From Chloracidobacterium sp. (lineage in GTDB: Bacteria > Acidobacteriota > Blastocatellia > Pyrinomonadales > Pyrinomonadaceae), in assembly GCA_043722725.1 (NCBI GenBank), contig JAYSON010000065.1, positions 1 through 47,881 on the forward strand: a stretch of DNA of 47,881 bases, in the 5' to 3' direction. The position numbers and the translations under genes are program-made. Numbering within the stretch: the stretch's first letter is position 1; each line of letters begins with the position of its first letter. This document shows, piece by piece, positions 17,874 to 25,741 of the stretch. The notes beneath the pieces are model-generated. The model had not been told where the DNA came from and did no database searches. It saw only the letters and a list, made by a program, of their open reading frames with translations.

Positions 17874-18713
17874 TCAACCTACCGTAATTTCGCTCTCCGC
17901 TTCCTTCATCGTTTTCGTCGGTTCACGCTTCTTTTGGATGATGGGAACTTCCATTGCTTCGAGCAGCAGCTTGCGAAGCAGTGTCGTATCGATATTTCGC
18001 CTCACCTCGCCGGCCTCGACGTACGTGATCAGGCCCGTTTCTTCAGACACGACCAGTGATATCGCGTCCGTGCCCTCGGTGATGCCGATCGCCGCGCGAT
18101 GTCGCGTTCCCATTTCGCGGGAAATACTTGGGTTCTTCGTCAGCGGCAGGAATACCGATGCAGCTGCAAGCCTTTCGTTCTGAATAATTACAGCCCCGTC
18201 ATGAAGGGAGGTCGTTGGGTTGAATATAGTCACGAGCAGATCATAACCGATCGCTGCGTCAAGATGCACACCCGCGTCGATAAAATTACGCAGCCCGACA
18301 TTCCGTTCGATCACGATCAACGCCCCGATCTTCTCCGAAGCCAGCGTCGTCACCGCCAGCACAATCTCGTCATAAACGCTGCCGCCGAATTGCCCCCGTT
18401 GCCGCCGGAGAATCGGAAACCGCAGACGGTTGGCGAAATAGATCAACGCCTGCCTTATCTCGGATTGAAACAGGACGATGATCGCAAAACCGACATACAC
18501 AACCGCATATCGCAGAACAAATTCGAGCGTCGATAATTCCTGCGAAATGGCCAGCCAATAAAGCAAAAACAGCAGCACCAACCCGACGATCGTCGGCACG
18601 GCACGCGTACCGCGAAGAAGCCGCAGCACGACGTACACAATGATAAACACGAGCGTGATATCTACGATATTTCGCACGCTGCTTATCGGTGGAATGTAGT
18701 CTGTCAGCTGCAA
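17874..18713 (-). CDS. cdaA: Diadenylate cyclase CdaA (c-di-AMP synthase, DisA_N domain with N-terminal TM helices)
   Basis: LHDGAVIIQNERL and GTRHRAAIGITEGTDAISLVVSEETG are DAC-domain signatures. The track start 18791 (TTG) lies in a hairpin repeat. In-frame TTG 18713 gives 279 aa, the usual CdaA length; GTG 18677 is an alternative. Confidence 0.9.
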   Translation of the reverse strand: MQLTDYIPPISSVRNIVDITLVFIIVYVVLRLLRGTRAVPTIVGLVLLFLLYWLAISQELSTLEFVLRYAVVYVGFAIIVLFQSEIRQALIYFANRLRFPILRRQRGQFGGSVYDEIVLAVTTLASEKIGALIVIERNVGLRNFIDAGVHLDAAIGYDLLVTIFNPTTSLHDGAVIIQNERLAAASVFLPLTKNPSISREMGTRHRAAIGITEGTDAISLVVSEETGLITYVEAGEVRRNIDTTLLRKLLLEAMEVPIIQKKREPTKTMKEAESEITVG

Positions 18714-18734
18714 TTGTTTATTCCAAAGTCCAAA

Positions 18735-18787
18735 TTCCAGATTCCATATTGAAGTTTGCAGTGAGATTCCTAATCTGGAATCTGGAA
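18735..18787. repeat. Perfect 11-bp inverted repeat TTCCAGATTCC / GGAATCTGGAA with 31-nt loop, between the CDF gene and cdaA
   Basis: Arms at 18735-18745 and 18777-18787. The surrounding DNA repeats the words (G)ATTCCAGA and GGAAT(C/T)TGGA. Confidence 0.85.
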
Positions 18788-18808
18788 TCAAAAATTGGGA
18801 AGAAAATC

Positions 18809-19756
18809 CTATTCAACATGGCCCGGTTCGGGTTTCTGCGGCTTAGGCCGCCCGATTCCCGCCGTTTCTAAGAATATCATATCGACTTTTGGCTCGGCCT
18901 CTTTTATCCTCGCCTCGATCTCGGCGATCGTTTCGATGATCTCTGTGTTGGTCAGATCGTCCCTCATATTGACGTGAGCATTCACCAGGATTTGCTTCGG
19001 CGCCAGGTGCATTGTCAAAAGCTCGACCACCTTGTTCACGTTCGGATGTCCTTTAATCGCATCGCGGATCGCTCTAAGCGACTTTGGCGTCGCGGCTTCA
19101 CCGAGCAAAAGTCCACGAGACGCACGGGCCAAAACGAAAGCGACGATCGCCAAAACCACACCGATAATTATGGATGCAAGGCCGTCCCAGTAAGCTTCAA
19201 AACCAGGAAGCACGTGATGATCGGTCAAATAAATTCCGATAAAAGCGACAACGATACCGATCAAAGCTGCCGAATCTTCAAAGATAACCGTTTTCGCCGT
19301 CGGGTCCTTGGATTCACGAAGATACTCGACGAGCGTCATGCCTTCATGCCGGGCTTCCATAGTTTCCTGGTAAAGAGCTAAACAGATCGATCCGGTTTCT
19401 AAAACGAACGAAATCCCGAGTACCCAATACGCCCAATTCAGATTCACCGGCGGATGCGGATGCCACAGTTTTTGGAAGCCTTCATATATCGCATAGGTTG
19501 CACCGACGCCGAAAATAAAGATCGCCGCGATAAACGACCAGAAAAATCGCTCTTTGCCGTAGCCGAAATGATGTTTCTGTGACGGCGGCCTATTGTAGAA
19601 TCGTAATCCCAAAAGAAGAAAAACCTGATTGGTCGTATCCGCCAGCGAGTGAAACGCCTCGGCCATCATTCCCGCCGAGCCCGTCATAACGGCCGCAATA
19701 AATTTCAAGATCGTAATGATGCCGTTTGCAATAAGTGCACCGATGACAGCTAGCAT
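18809..19756 (-). CDS. Cation diffusion facilitator (CDF) family metal efflux transporter
   Basis: Start moved to ATG 19756, preceded by AAAGAGGAAAC. MLAVIGALIANGIITILKFIAAVMTGSAGMMAEAFHSLADT is the CDF TM1-TM2 signature. A C-terminal cytoplasmic domain is present. Confidence 0.88.
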   Translation of the reverse strand: MLAVIGALIANGIITILKFIAAVMTGSAGMMAEAFHSLADTTNQVFLLLGLRFYNRPPSQKHHFGYGKERFFWSFIAAIFIFGVGATYAIYEGFQKLWHPHPPVNLNWAYWVLGISFVLETGSICLALYQETMEARHEGMTLVEYLRESKDPTAKTVIFEDSAALIGIVVAFIGIYLTDHHVLPGFEAYWDGLASIIIGVVLAIVAFVLARASRGLLLGEAATPKSLRAIRDAIKGHPNVNKVVELLTMHLAPKQILVNAHVNMRDDLTNTEIIETIAEIEARIKEAEPKVDMIFLETAGIGRPKPQKPEPGHVE

Positions 19757-19814
19757 TTGTTTCCTCTTTTTCCGTGTCTTTCTTTTCCTGTTCCGTGTGT
19801 TCAGTGGCCACTCT

Positions 19815-20903
19815 TCAGCCTTTCGATCCCGCAAGAAACCCGACCAAATTCCCCGCCTCATCGATCACGCCCACGGCTCCAATACCATTCGAGCGCATTA
19901 ATTCGCGAGCTTCCACTAGCGGCGTATCGGCTTCGACAAAATGCTCTGTTGCGATCGGCCGCATCACATCGCGTACCACCACCTTTCGCCAATCGTCACG
20001 CGGAACTTTTTTCAAATCCTCAAGCAACAGCATGCCGGAAAGCTGCCTGGCATTGGCGACCGGAAACGCGGTTTGCCGGTTCATCGGCAAAATGTTGTCG
20101 ACAACATGCTGAATCGTCGCGTTCGGCGCAATTGCGACCGGAAGCTGCATCACGTCCCCGACCAGACGCTCTTCCGCTGCATGCACTTCGCCGATTATGC
20201 TCTTTGCCGAATCGAAAAGAAATATCCCGGTCAATATGGCCCAGAATCCGGTAAAAAACTGCCCGCGGGCAATTACGAAAAGCACGCCCAATACGATCAG
20301 GCCAATAGCGATAACCTGCCCGCACCGGCCCGTCAGGATCGTCGCCTCGTTCAGGTCCTTGCCGTTTCGCCACAGGTACGCCCGCAGCACGCGTCCACCG
20401 TCCAGCGGATATCCGGGAAAAAGATTAAAAACCGCGAGCAGAAAATTTGAAAGCGCGAGCAGAAACAGCAGTAACGCCAGTATGTCCATTCCCGCCGAGT
20501 TTGCCGCCGTCATCAGGAGCGCGAAAAGTACGGCCAGTAAAAAGCTCGCTCCCGGCCCGGCGATGGCAATGCGAAACTCGGCCCGCGGCGTCTTGGGCTC
20601 ATGTGCAAACCGCGTTAGCCCGCCAAACGGATGGAGCACGATCTCAACAACCTTCAGCCCTTCCGCACGTGCCAGCAAAGCGTGTGCAAGCTCATGCAAA
20701 AATATCGAAACAAAGAAAACCAGCGTCGTTAAAAACCCGAGAATAATGCTTCCGGCCAGGTTTTTCACAAGCGGCTCAATGCTCGCCGCCGTGATACCCA
20801 TCATCAAAAACAACACCAAAAACCACCGCATATCCGCCCGCACCGGTATTCCCGAAACCCGCACCAAATCCATCTGCCGCTTATAAAAGTCCAACTCCTG
20901 CAT
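19815..20903 (-). CDS. Site-2 protease (peptidase M50) with C-terminal CBS pair
   Basis: HELAHALLA zinc motif and the NLFPGYPLDGGRVL second motif. The C-terminus has two CBS-like units (VMQLPVAI..., VMRPIATEHFVEADTPLVEARELMRSNGIGAVGVIDEAGNLVGF). Confidence 0.88.
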   Translation of the reverse strand: MQELDFYKRQMDLVRVSGIPVRADMRWFLVLFLMMGITAASIEPLVKNLAGSIILGFLTTLVFFVSIFLHELAHALLARAEGLKVVEIVLHPFGGLTRFAHEPKTPRAEFRIAIAGPGASFLLAVLFALLMTAANSAGMDILALLLFLLALSNFLLAVFNLFPGYPLDGGRVLRAYLWRNGKDLNEATILTGRCGQVIAIGLIVLGVLFVIARGQFFTGFWAILTGIFLFDSAKSIIGEVHAAEERLVGDVMQLPVAIAPNATIQHVVDNILPMNRQTAFPVANARQLSGMLLLEDLKKVPRDDWRKVVVRDVMRPIATEHFVEADTPLVEARELMRSNGIGAVGVIDEAGNLVGFLAGSKG

Positions 20904-21490
20904 CACAACCCCCGCGATGCCTCTCAGGTTATCACAAGTCAGAACCGCGAGCCGTAGCGACCGGATTCTTCTCCGGCCCCTTTAGTTGTGAGTTTCCGGA
21001 CCGCTTCTTCTACCGGGCTGTGCCCGTCTATTTGCGGAAAAGCTATGCTTTTCCGTCAAGTCCAAAAGATTCCAGCGGCTACGCCGCCCCTCCATTTTAT
21101 AGACCTATGGTCGGTAGTCAAAAACTCACTCTCGAACTACCTTCCATTCCATTACCCGGCGCTCGAAAAACTCTGTATCGTTGCTGAAGAAAAATCGGTG
21201 AGGACTGTTCCTTCTCCGAACTGCTAACCGCGTTGGCTTGTTGACTTCCCATCGCTAGTAAAATAGTCTGGCTGAATTGGTAAGTTTTAGCTTGACTTGT
21301 CCTACTGCCCCAGCTGTGTGTTGCAAATGCACCAATGTGCAAGCCGTTTCAAGATCCGTTATTCGCTGGCCGTGATAAGACCAGAAACTGCAAACCGAAA
21401 CTCCGGAAACAGATCGTAGTTTTTTCGAGTCGATGCGTCTCGTCGAGCATCGAGTTTGCGCACCTAAAACCACTTAAGGAAGAAAACAAA

Positions 21491-22408
21491 ATGAATAAAT
21501 TAAACCTTCGATTTCTGGCCATCGGATTTTCAATGGCTCTTTTCATCACATCGGCCTTTTCTCAAGGGCAAGTGATCTATAACAGCATCCCGGACCCGCT
21601 ACCGGGCAATTTGCCGAGCCAGCCTTTTCAGGCTCAAGGCACCGGCGAATTTGGCGACCGCGTTCAATTCTCGGCCGGTTCAGGACGCTCATTGCTCACT
21701 ACAACGCAAACGATGAGCAGCTGGGCTTGCGAAAGCGGTGCGTGGTACAGCGGCAACTGTGCTACGACTCCGGGAGCGACATTTTCACATCCGATCACGC
21801 TGAATATCTACTCGGTAGTTGCCGGCAATCAAGTTGGACCGCTGATCGGAGCGGTCACGCAGACGTTCAACGTACCGTATCGTCCGTCGGCAGATAACGT
21901 CAATTGCACGGGCAGTGGCCCCCTTGGTAACGCGGGCAAGTGGTTTGACGGAACGAGTTGCTACAACGGGTTCGCAACGAACATTACCTTTAACCTTGCT
22001 GGTTTGGTCGTTCCGAATGAAGTCATTTATGGCATCGCGTTCAACACGACGACGTACGGCTATAACCCGATAGGCCCGTCAGCTTGCAGCGCAACATTTG
22101 AAGGCTGCGGCTACGATTCACTCAATGTGGCGGTACAAGGAACCCAGTCGGTCGGCACGAATCCGTCGCCTACCGACGTTTATCACTACACGTTCTTTGG
22201 TGGGTGTACCGGTGCGGTCATGCCTTTCGGCTTAGACGCAGGTTGCTGGGGCGGTTTTAAACCTGTTCCGGTCAAATTCACCGCGGCAAATGTACCTACT
22301 AACAAAGATCAATGCAAGAAGGGCGGATGGCAGACGCGCACGCGTGCCGATGGTTCGACCTTCAAGAACCAGGGCGACTGCATTCAATATGTGAACACGG
22401 GCAATTAA
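21491..22408 (+). CDS. Secreted cysteine-rich protein of unknown function
   Basis: Start moved to ATG 21491 (AAGGAAG RBS). Signal peptide MNKLNLRFLAIGFSMALFITSAFSQG and 14 Cys in the mature part. The C-terminal motif DQCKKGGWQTRTRADGSTFKNQGDCIQYV looks like a small disulfide module. Confidence 0.6.
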   Translation: MNKLNLRFLAIGFSMALFITSAFSQGQVIYNSIPDPLPGNLPSQPFQAQGTGEFGDRVQFSAGSGRSLLTTTQTMSSWACESGAWYSGNCATTPGATFSHPITLNIYSVVAGNQVGPLIGAVTQTFNVPYRPSADNVNCTGSGPLGNAGKWFDGTSCYNGFATNITFNLAGLVVPNEVIYGIAFNTTTYGYNPIGPSACSATFEGCGYDSLNVAVQGTQSVGTNPSPTDVYHYTFFGGCTGAVMPFGLDAGCWGGFKPVPVKFTAANVPTNKDQCKKGGWQTRTRADGSTFKNQGDCIQYVNTGN

Positions 22409-22443
22409 CGCTGCATTCACTTTGAGCGGATGTTTTTTTTGAA

Positions 22444-22472
22444 AGGGCGGCGCCGTGTGCCGCTCTTTTTTT
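22444..22472 (+). terminator. Rho-independent terminator of the cysteine-rich protein gene
   Basis: AGGGCGGC-gccgtgt-GCCGCTCT hairpin (8 bp including one G-U) followed by T6. Confidence 0.8.
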
Positions 22473-22592
22473 AGGAACTGCTAATCGTATTCCGCCGAAC
22501 ACTTTTGACGTAAAGGAAGATCGCAAAGAAGTGTGATTAGTGTGCGGACGATTCGGCGAATTTTATCCGTTCACCTTTATGTTTTCCCGGAG

Positions 22593-22712
22593 TTTGGTAC
22601 AGGAAAACAACGCTCCATTTTACTGTACCAAAGTGGCAAAACTACTCGACCAAAGTACCCAAACCACTGTACCAAACTGCCAAAACTACTGTACCAAACC
22701 CCGTAATTACGG
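22593..22712. repeat. Iteron-like array: four direct repeats at exact 22-bp phasing, an upstream inverted copy, and a terminal 12-bp palindrome
   Basis: The units start at 22622, 22644, 22666 and 22688. They read ACTGTACCAAAGTGGCAAAACT / ACTCGACCAAAGTACCCAAACC / ACTGTACCAAACTGCCAAAACT / ACTGTACCAAACCCC... TTTGGTACAG at 22593-22602 is the exact reverse complement of CTGTACCAAA at 22623-22632. CCGTAATTACGG lies at 22701-22712. Confidence 0.9.
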
Positions 22713-22798
22713 CTTTTGAGCCAAAATTCGATCAAAACCGAAAAAATGCGAATTACGATTGGTCACGAACCAACTTTGATTTTTAGGAAGAGATTTTG

Positions 22799-23872
22799 CT
22801 ACGCCTCGAAAGGGATTTCAGCGTTTTGGAGGACGCTTAGTTCGTTGCGGGAGACGCGTTCGAGAAGCTTGGGGTCGTCGAACATCTTCAGCAGGCCGTT
22901 GACGGTGGCGTAGCGTGGTTCTTCCGACACGATGACCGGAAGGTTGATGAAATTGCGAAGGTATTTATCGATGCCGTCGAGCAATGCTCCTCCGCCGGTC
23001 AGGATGACGCCGCGGTCGTAGATGTCCGCAGCAACTTCCGGCCGTAGCTCGGTCAGCGTATCTCTGACAGTTTCCGCGATTTTGCGAACGATGCTCTCGA
23101 CTATCGGATAAAGCTCACCGGTTGTGACATCTACCGCCGCCGGGCTTCCCGTCTGCACATCGCGGCCGCGCACGACTATCGATTTCGAAATATCTTCCGG
23201 CAAATACGCCGACGCAAACGTGGTCTTGAGAAATTCAGTCGTTTCTTCGCCGACCTGCAAGCCCCGGTGCCGCCGCAGGTGCGTGGCAAGCACTTCGTTT
23301 ATGGCACTGCTGCCATAGCGTTCCGACATCGAATGGACGATGGTGCCCTTGGCGACGATGGCGATGTTGGTGGTTGCCGCTCCGATATCAATAATCGCCG
23401 AAGCCCGCTTGTCCGTCGGCATCACACCAGCACCAAACGCCGCCGCGAGGCCTTCCTCCATCATGAAAACCTTGCCGATATGCGATTCTTCGGCGGCATT
23501 TAAAAGGGCGCGCTGCTCAACGTGCGTTACGTCCGAGACCATGCTCATTACGGCCTGCAGCGAAACCTGCGAACCGCCCGTCTTGGCCTTCTTGACGAAG
23601 TGCGCGAGCATTTTCTTTGTCCGCTCAAAATCGCCGACAACGCCGCCGGTCAATGGTGCTCGGACGACAATATCGCGACCTTCGCGTCCCGTCATGTCGC
23701 CGGCTTCCTGGCCGAAAGCGACGATCTCCTCAGTCATCTCATTGATCGCAACCAACGACGGCTCGTCCAAAACGACACCGCGGCCTTTTACCGCGATGAT
23801 CGTGCTGGCCGTGCCGAGATCGATGGCCATCGAATCGGTTACCAGTTTTTTTAGAGAAGAGATTCGCAGCAT
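22799..23872 (-). CDS. mreB: MreB/Mbl-family actin-like ATPase, divergent orphan copy (no mreC/mreD nearby)
   Basis: MAIDLGTASTIIAVKGRGVVLDEPSLVAI (phosphate 1), IDIGAATTNIAIV (phosphate 2; canonical MreB has DIGGGTTE/D) and VILTGGGALLDGID (adenosine motif). The start was set at ATG 23872 by alignment to the usual MreB N-terminus; the track start is 23920. Confidence 0.85.
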   Translation of the reverse strand: MLRISSLKKLVTDSMAIDLGTASTIIAVKGRGVVLDEPSLVAINEMTEEIVAFGQEAGDMTGREGRDIVVRAPLTGGVVGDFERTKKMLAHFVKKAKTGGSQVSLQAVMSMVSDVTHVEQRALLNAAEESHIGKVFMMEEGLAAAFGAGVMPTDKRASAIIDIGAATTNIAIVAKGTIVHSMSERYGSSAINEVLATHLRRHRGLQVGEETTEFLKTTFASAYLPEDISKSIVVRGRDVQTGSPAAVDVTTGELYPIVESIVRKIAETVRDTLTELRPEVAADIYDRGVILTGGGALLDGIDKYLRNFINLPVIVSEEPRYATVNGLLKMFDDPKLLERVSRNELSVLQNAEIPFEA

Positions 23873-23944
23873 ATTGATGGTCTGAGTAATTATATTCCTT
23901 TGAACTGCGCCTGACAACAAATATTCTTCGTGGATTTTCAGCCC

Positions 23945-25672
23945 CTAACCCCACTTTACTTCAAGCACATTTACCGGCTGAACGCGATTTTTTACGGTTA
24001 GCGGTTCCAGCTTATTTACCGGGATCAGATTGCCGCTCGCTGCCGCCGTCGCCTCGCTCATGAGGATTTGGCCGCCGACCGCATTCGATTCCAATCTCGA
24101 CGCCAAATTGACGGTATCGCCAATGGCCGTGTACTCCGACCGCCGGTCCGATCCGATATAACCAATGGTCGCTTCGCCCGTATGCAGCCCGATGCCGACC
24201 GAGATCTGCCCGTAGCCTTCGGCAATGAGTTCGGAATTAAGCTGCTCGAGCCGCTTCTGCATAGTGACCGCAGCCTTCACCGCGTTTAACGCGTCTTCTT
24301 CGGTCGCCGTCGGAGCACCGAATATTGCCATCAGCCCGTCGCCGATATATTTGTCGAGCGTTCCCCCGTGTTCGAAAATTATGTCGGTCATCACCGAAAA
24401 ATAGCGGTTTAGAAGCCCGACCACCTTCTCCGGCTTTTCCTTTTCGGAGAACGCCGTGAACCCGCGGATGTCCGCGAACAGCACCGTGATCAACTGGTTT
24501 ACGCCGCCGAGGCGAAACGAATTCGGATTTTCAAGCAGCTGCTTGACGACGTATTCCGGCATGAAGCGGCTATAATTTGCCCTCGCAACCTCTTCGCGAG
24601 CCAGGCGTTTGTGGGCCTTTACCGTTTCGACCGTCACGGCCGTCTGAGCCGCCACCGCACCGATAAGCTCAAGATGATCGGGCGTAAAACTCGCAAACGG
24701 GTCTAGCCTGTCGGCATATAGTACGCCGTGAACATTAGATTCGGTTATCAAGGGCGCGCATATCGTTGACCTCACGCCCTGAGAAACTATCGATTCCGCG
24801 CCCGAAAACTGTGCGTCTGTCTTGGCGTCCTGCGACAGCAAAGCGACCTTTTCGCGCATCACTTTTTGTGTAATGGTGCGGCTGATCGTCAGCTTTTCGG
24901 TCAATTTGTCGGTGCTTACGTCGCGCGTCCTTACTGCGATCGGAAAAAGGCTGTAATCAAGAATTTTACCGTCGACCGTCTCATCCGCGATCATAGCTAC
25001 GACCCGATCCGCTGGTGTCCCGCGAAATATCAGATCGGTCGCCTTTTCAAATATTTCTTTTAAGTCAAATACCGTGCCAATCGACTTGCTCATTTCGTAG
25101 AGCAGTTCGAGCATCTTCGCTTTTCGCCGAAGGTCCTTTACCTCTTCGGGTGTCGCGATCGACGACTCTATCGAAAGATGTGTCTGGCGGCCGATTATCT
25201 CGTTCGCCGAAAGCTGCACCTGTGTGTGGCCTAGCGGTTTGTCGTCGTAATTTACGCCTTCGGCAATAACGTCGATCGTCTCTGGGTCATAATTCGCTCC
25301 GGTAACAGTGCGGCTCAAAACGCTCGGGATTGATTCAAGAAGTGGTTTTACGGGTTCCGTAACCCTGTATTCGAGTTTGCTTTCACCGATTATGATCGCA
25401 TCGCCTGGTTCGAGCTGTTTCTCCAGCATTGGAGCACCGTTCACGAAAACATGATTTACGCTGCGGACGAGATTACCGTTCTCAAAATAGCCGTCAACTA
25501 CAGTGAATCGTTCGCCGTCGCTGGTGACATGGGCATGCTTTCGCGACACGCGGCGGTCGTTCAGCACGATATCGTTTTCTTTCGCCCGGCCAATGGAATA
25601 AACGCTGCCGGGAACAAGATTTGTCTCCCAGATCCGACCGTTCGGTTCAGTTATTTGTAACAATGCGCTCAC
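23945..25672 (-). CDS. FHA - GAF - class III adenylate cyclase
   Basis: GTG start. FHA core: YSIGRAKENDIVLNDRRVSRKHAHV...VNG. GAF region: STICAPLITESNVHGVLYADRL. Cyclase domain: ITVLFADIRGFTAFSE ... DKYIGDGLMAIFGAP ... YTAIGDTVNLASRLES. The Lys/Thr substrate pair suggests an ATP-specific class IIIb enzyme. Confidence 0.88.
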   Translation of the reverse strand: MSALLQITEPNGRIWETNLVPGSVYSIGRAKENDIVLNDRRVSRKHAHVTSDGERFTVVDGYFENGNLVRSVNHVFVNGAPMLEKQLEPGDAIIIGESKLEYRVTEPVKPLLESIPSVLSRTVTGANYDPETIDVIAEGVNYDDKPLGHTQVQLSANEIIGRQTHLSIESSIATPEEVKDLRRKAKMLELLYEMSKSIGTVFDLKEIFEKATDLIFRGTPADRVVAMIADETVDGKILDYSLFPIAVRTRDVSTDKLTEKLTISRTITQKVMREKVALLSQDAKTDAQFSGAESIVSQGVRSTICAPLITESNVHGVLYADRLDPFASFTPDHLELIGAVAAQTAVTVETVKAHKRLAREEVARANYSRFMPEYVVKQLLENPNSFRLGGVNQLITVLFADIRGFTAFSEKEKPEKVVGLLNRYFSVMTDIIFEHGGTLDKYIGDGLMAIFGAPTATEEDALNAVKAAVTMQKRLEQLNSELIAEGYGQISVGIGLHTGEATIGYIGSDRRSEYTAIGDTVNLASRLESNAVGGQILMSEATAAASGNLIPVNKLEPLTVKNRVQPVNVLEVKWG

Positions 25673-25741
25673 AGTTAGGCTAATTGTAATGGGTAAATGT
25701 TAAATGGTAAATTGAGGAAACCGTCATTTTGTAACATCCCG

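Noticed and set aside
19757-19861. N-terminal 35 codons of the CDF ORF overlapping the site-2 protease gene
   Set aside because: The Arg/Lys-rich extension has no TM character. ATG 19756 has a strong AAAGAGGAAAC RBS and gives a canonical CDF N-terminus.
20988-21227. 79-aa ORF, with overlapping 74-aa and 72-aa minus-strand ORFs, in the long 20904-21490 gap
   Set aside because: The ORFs mutually overlap and have no RBS or domain signatures. I report the region as a long non-coding gap instead.
22593-22712. Possible CRISPR array
   Set aside because: The repeats are contiguous with no spacers, there are only four units, there are no cas genes, and the units are degenerate.
22579-22719. 46-aa ORF (MFSRSLVQENNAPFYCTKVAKLLDQSTQTTVPNCQNYCTKPRNYGF) spanning the 22-bp repeat array, superficially like a Cys-containing peptide precursor
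   Set aside because: No RBS. The 22-bp repeat period is not a multiple of 3, so successive repeats are read in different frames. The repeat is therefore conserved at the DNA level, not the peptide level.
22716-22913. 65-aa + strand ORF overlapping the 3-prime end of the MreB-like gene
   Set aside because: Alternative start codon, no RBS, overlap with a well-supported gene on the opposite strand, and no motifs.
25066-25081. Sigma-54-like sequence TGGCACGGTATTTGA on the minus strand
   Set aside because: It lies inside the cyclase coding region and the -12 element is TTGA rather than TTGC. It is most likely a chance match.
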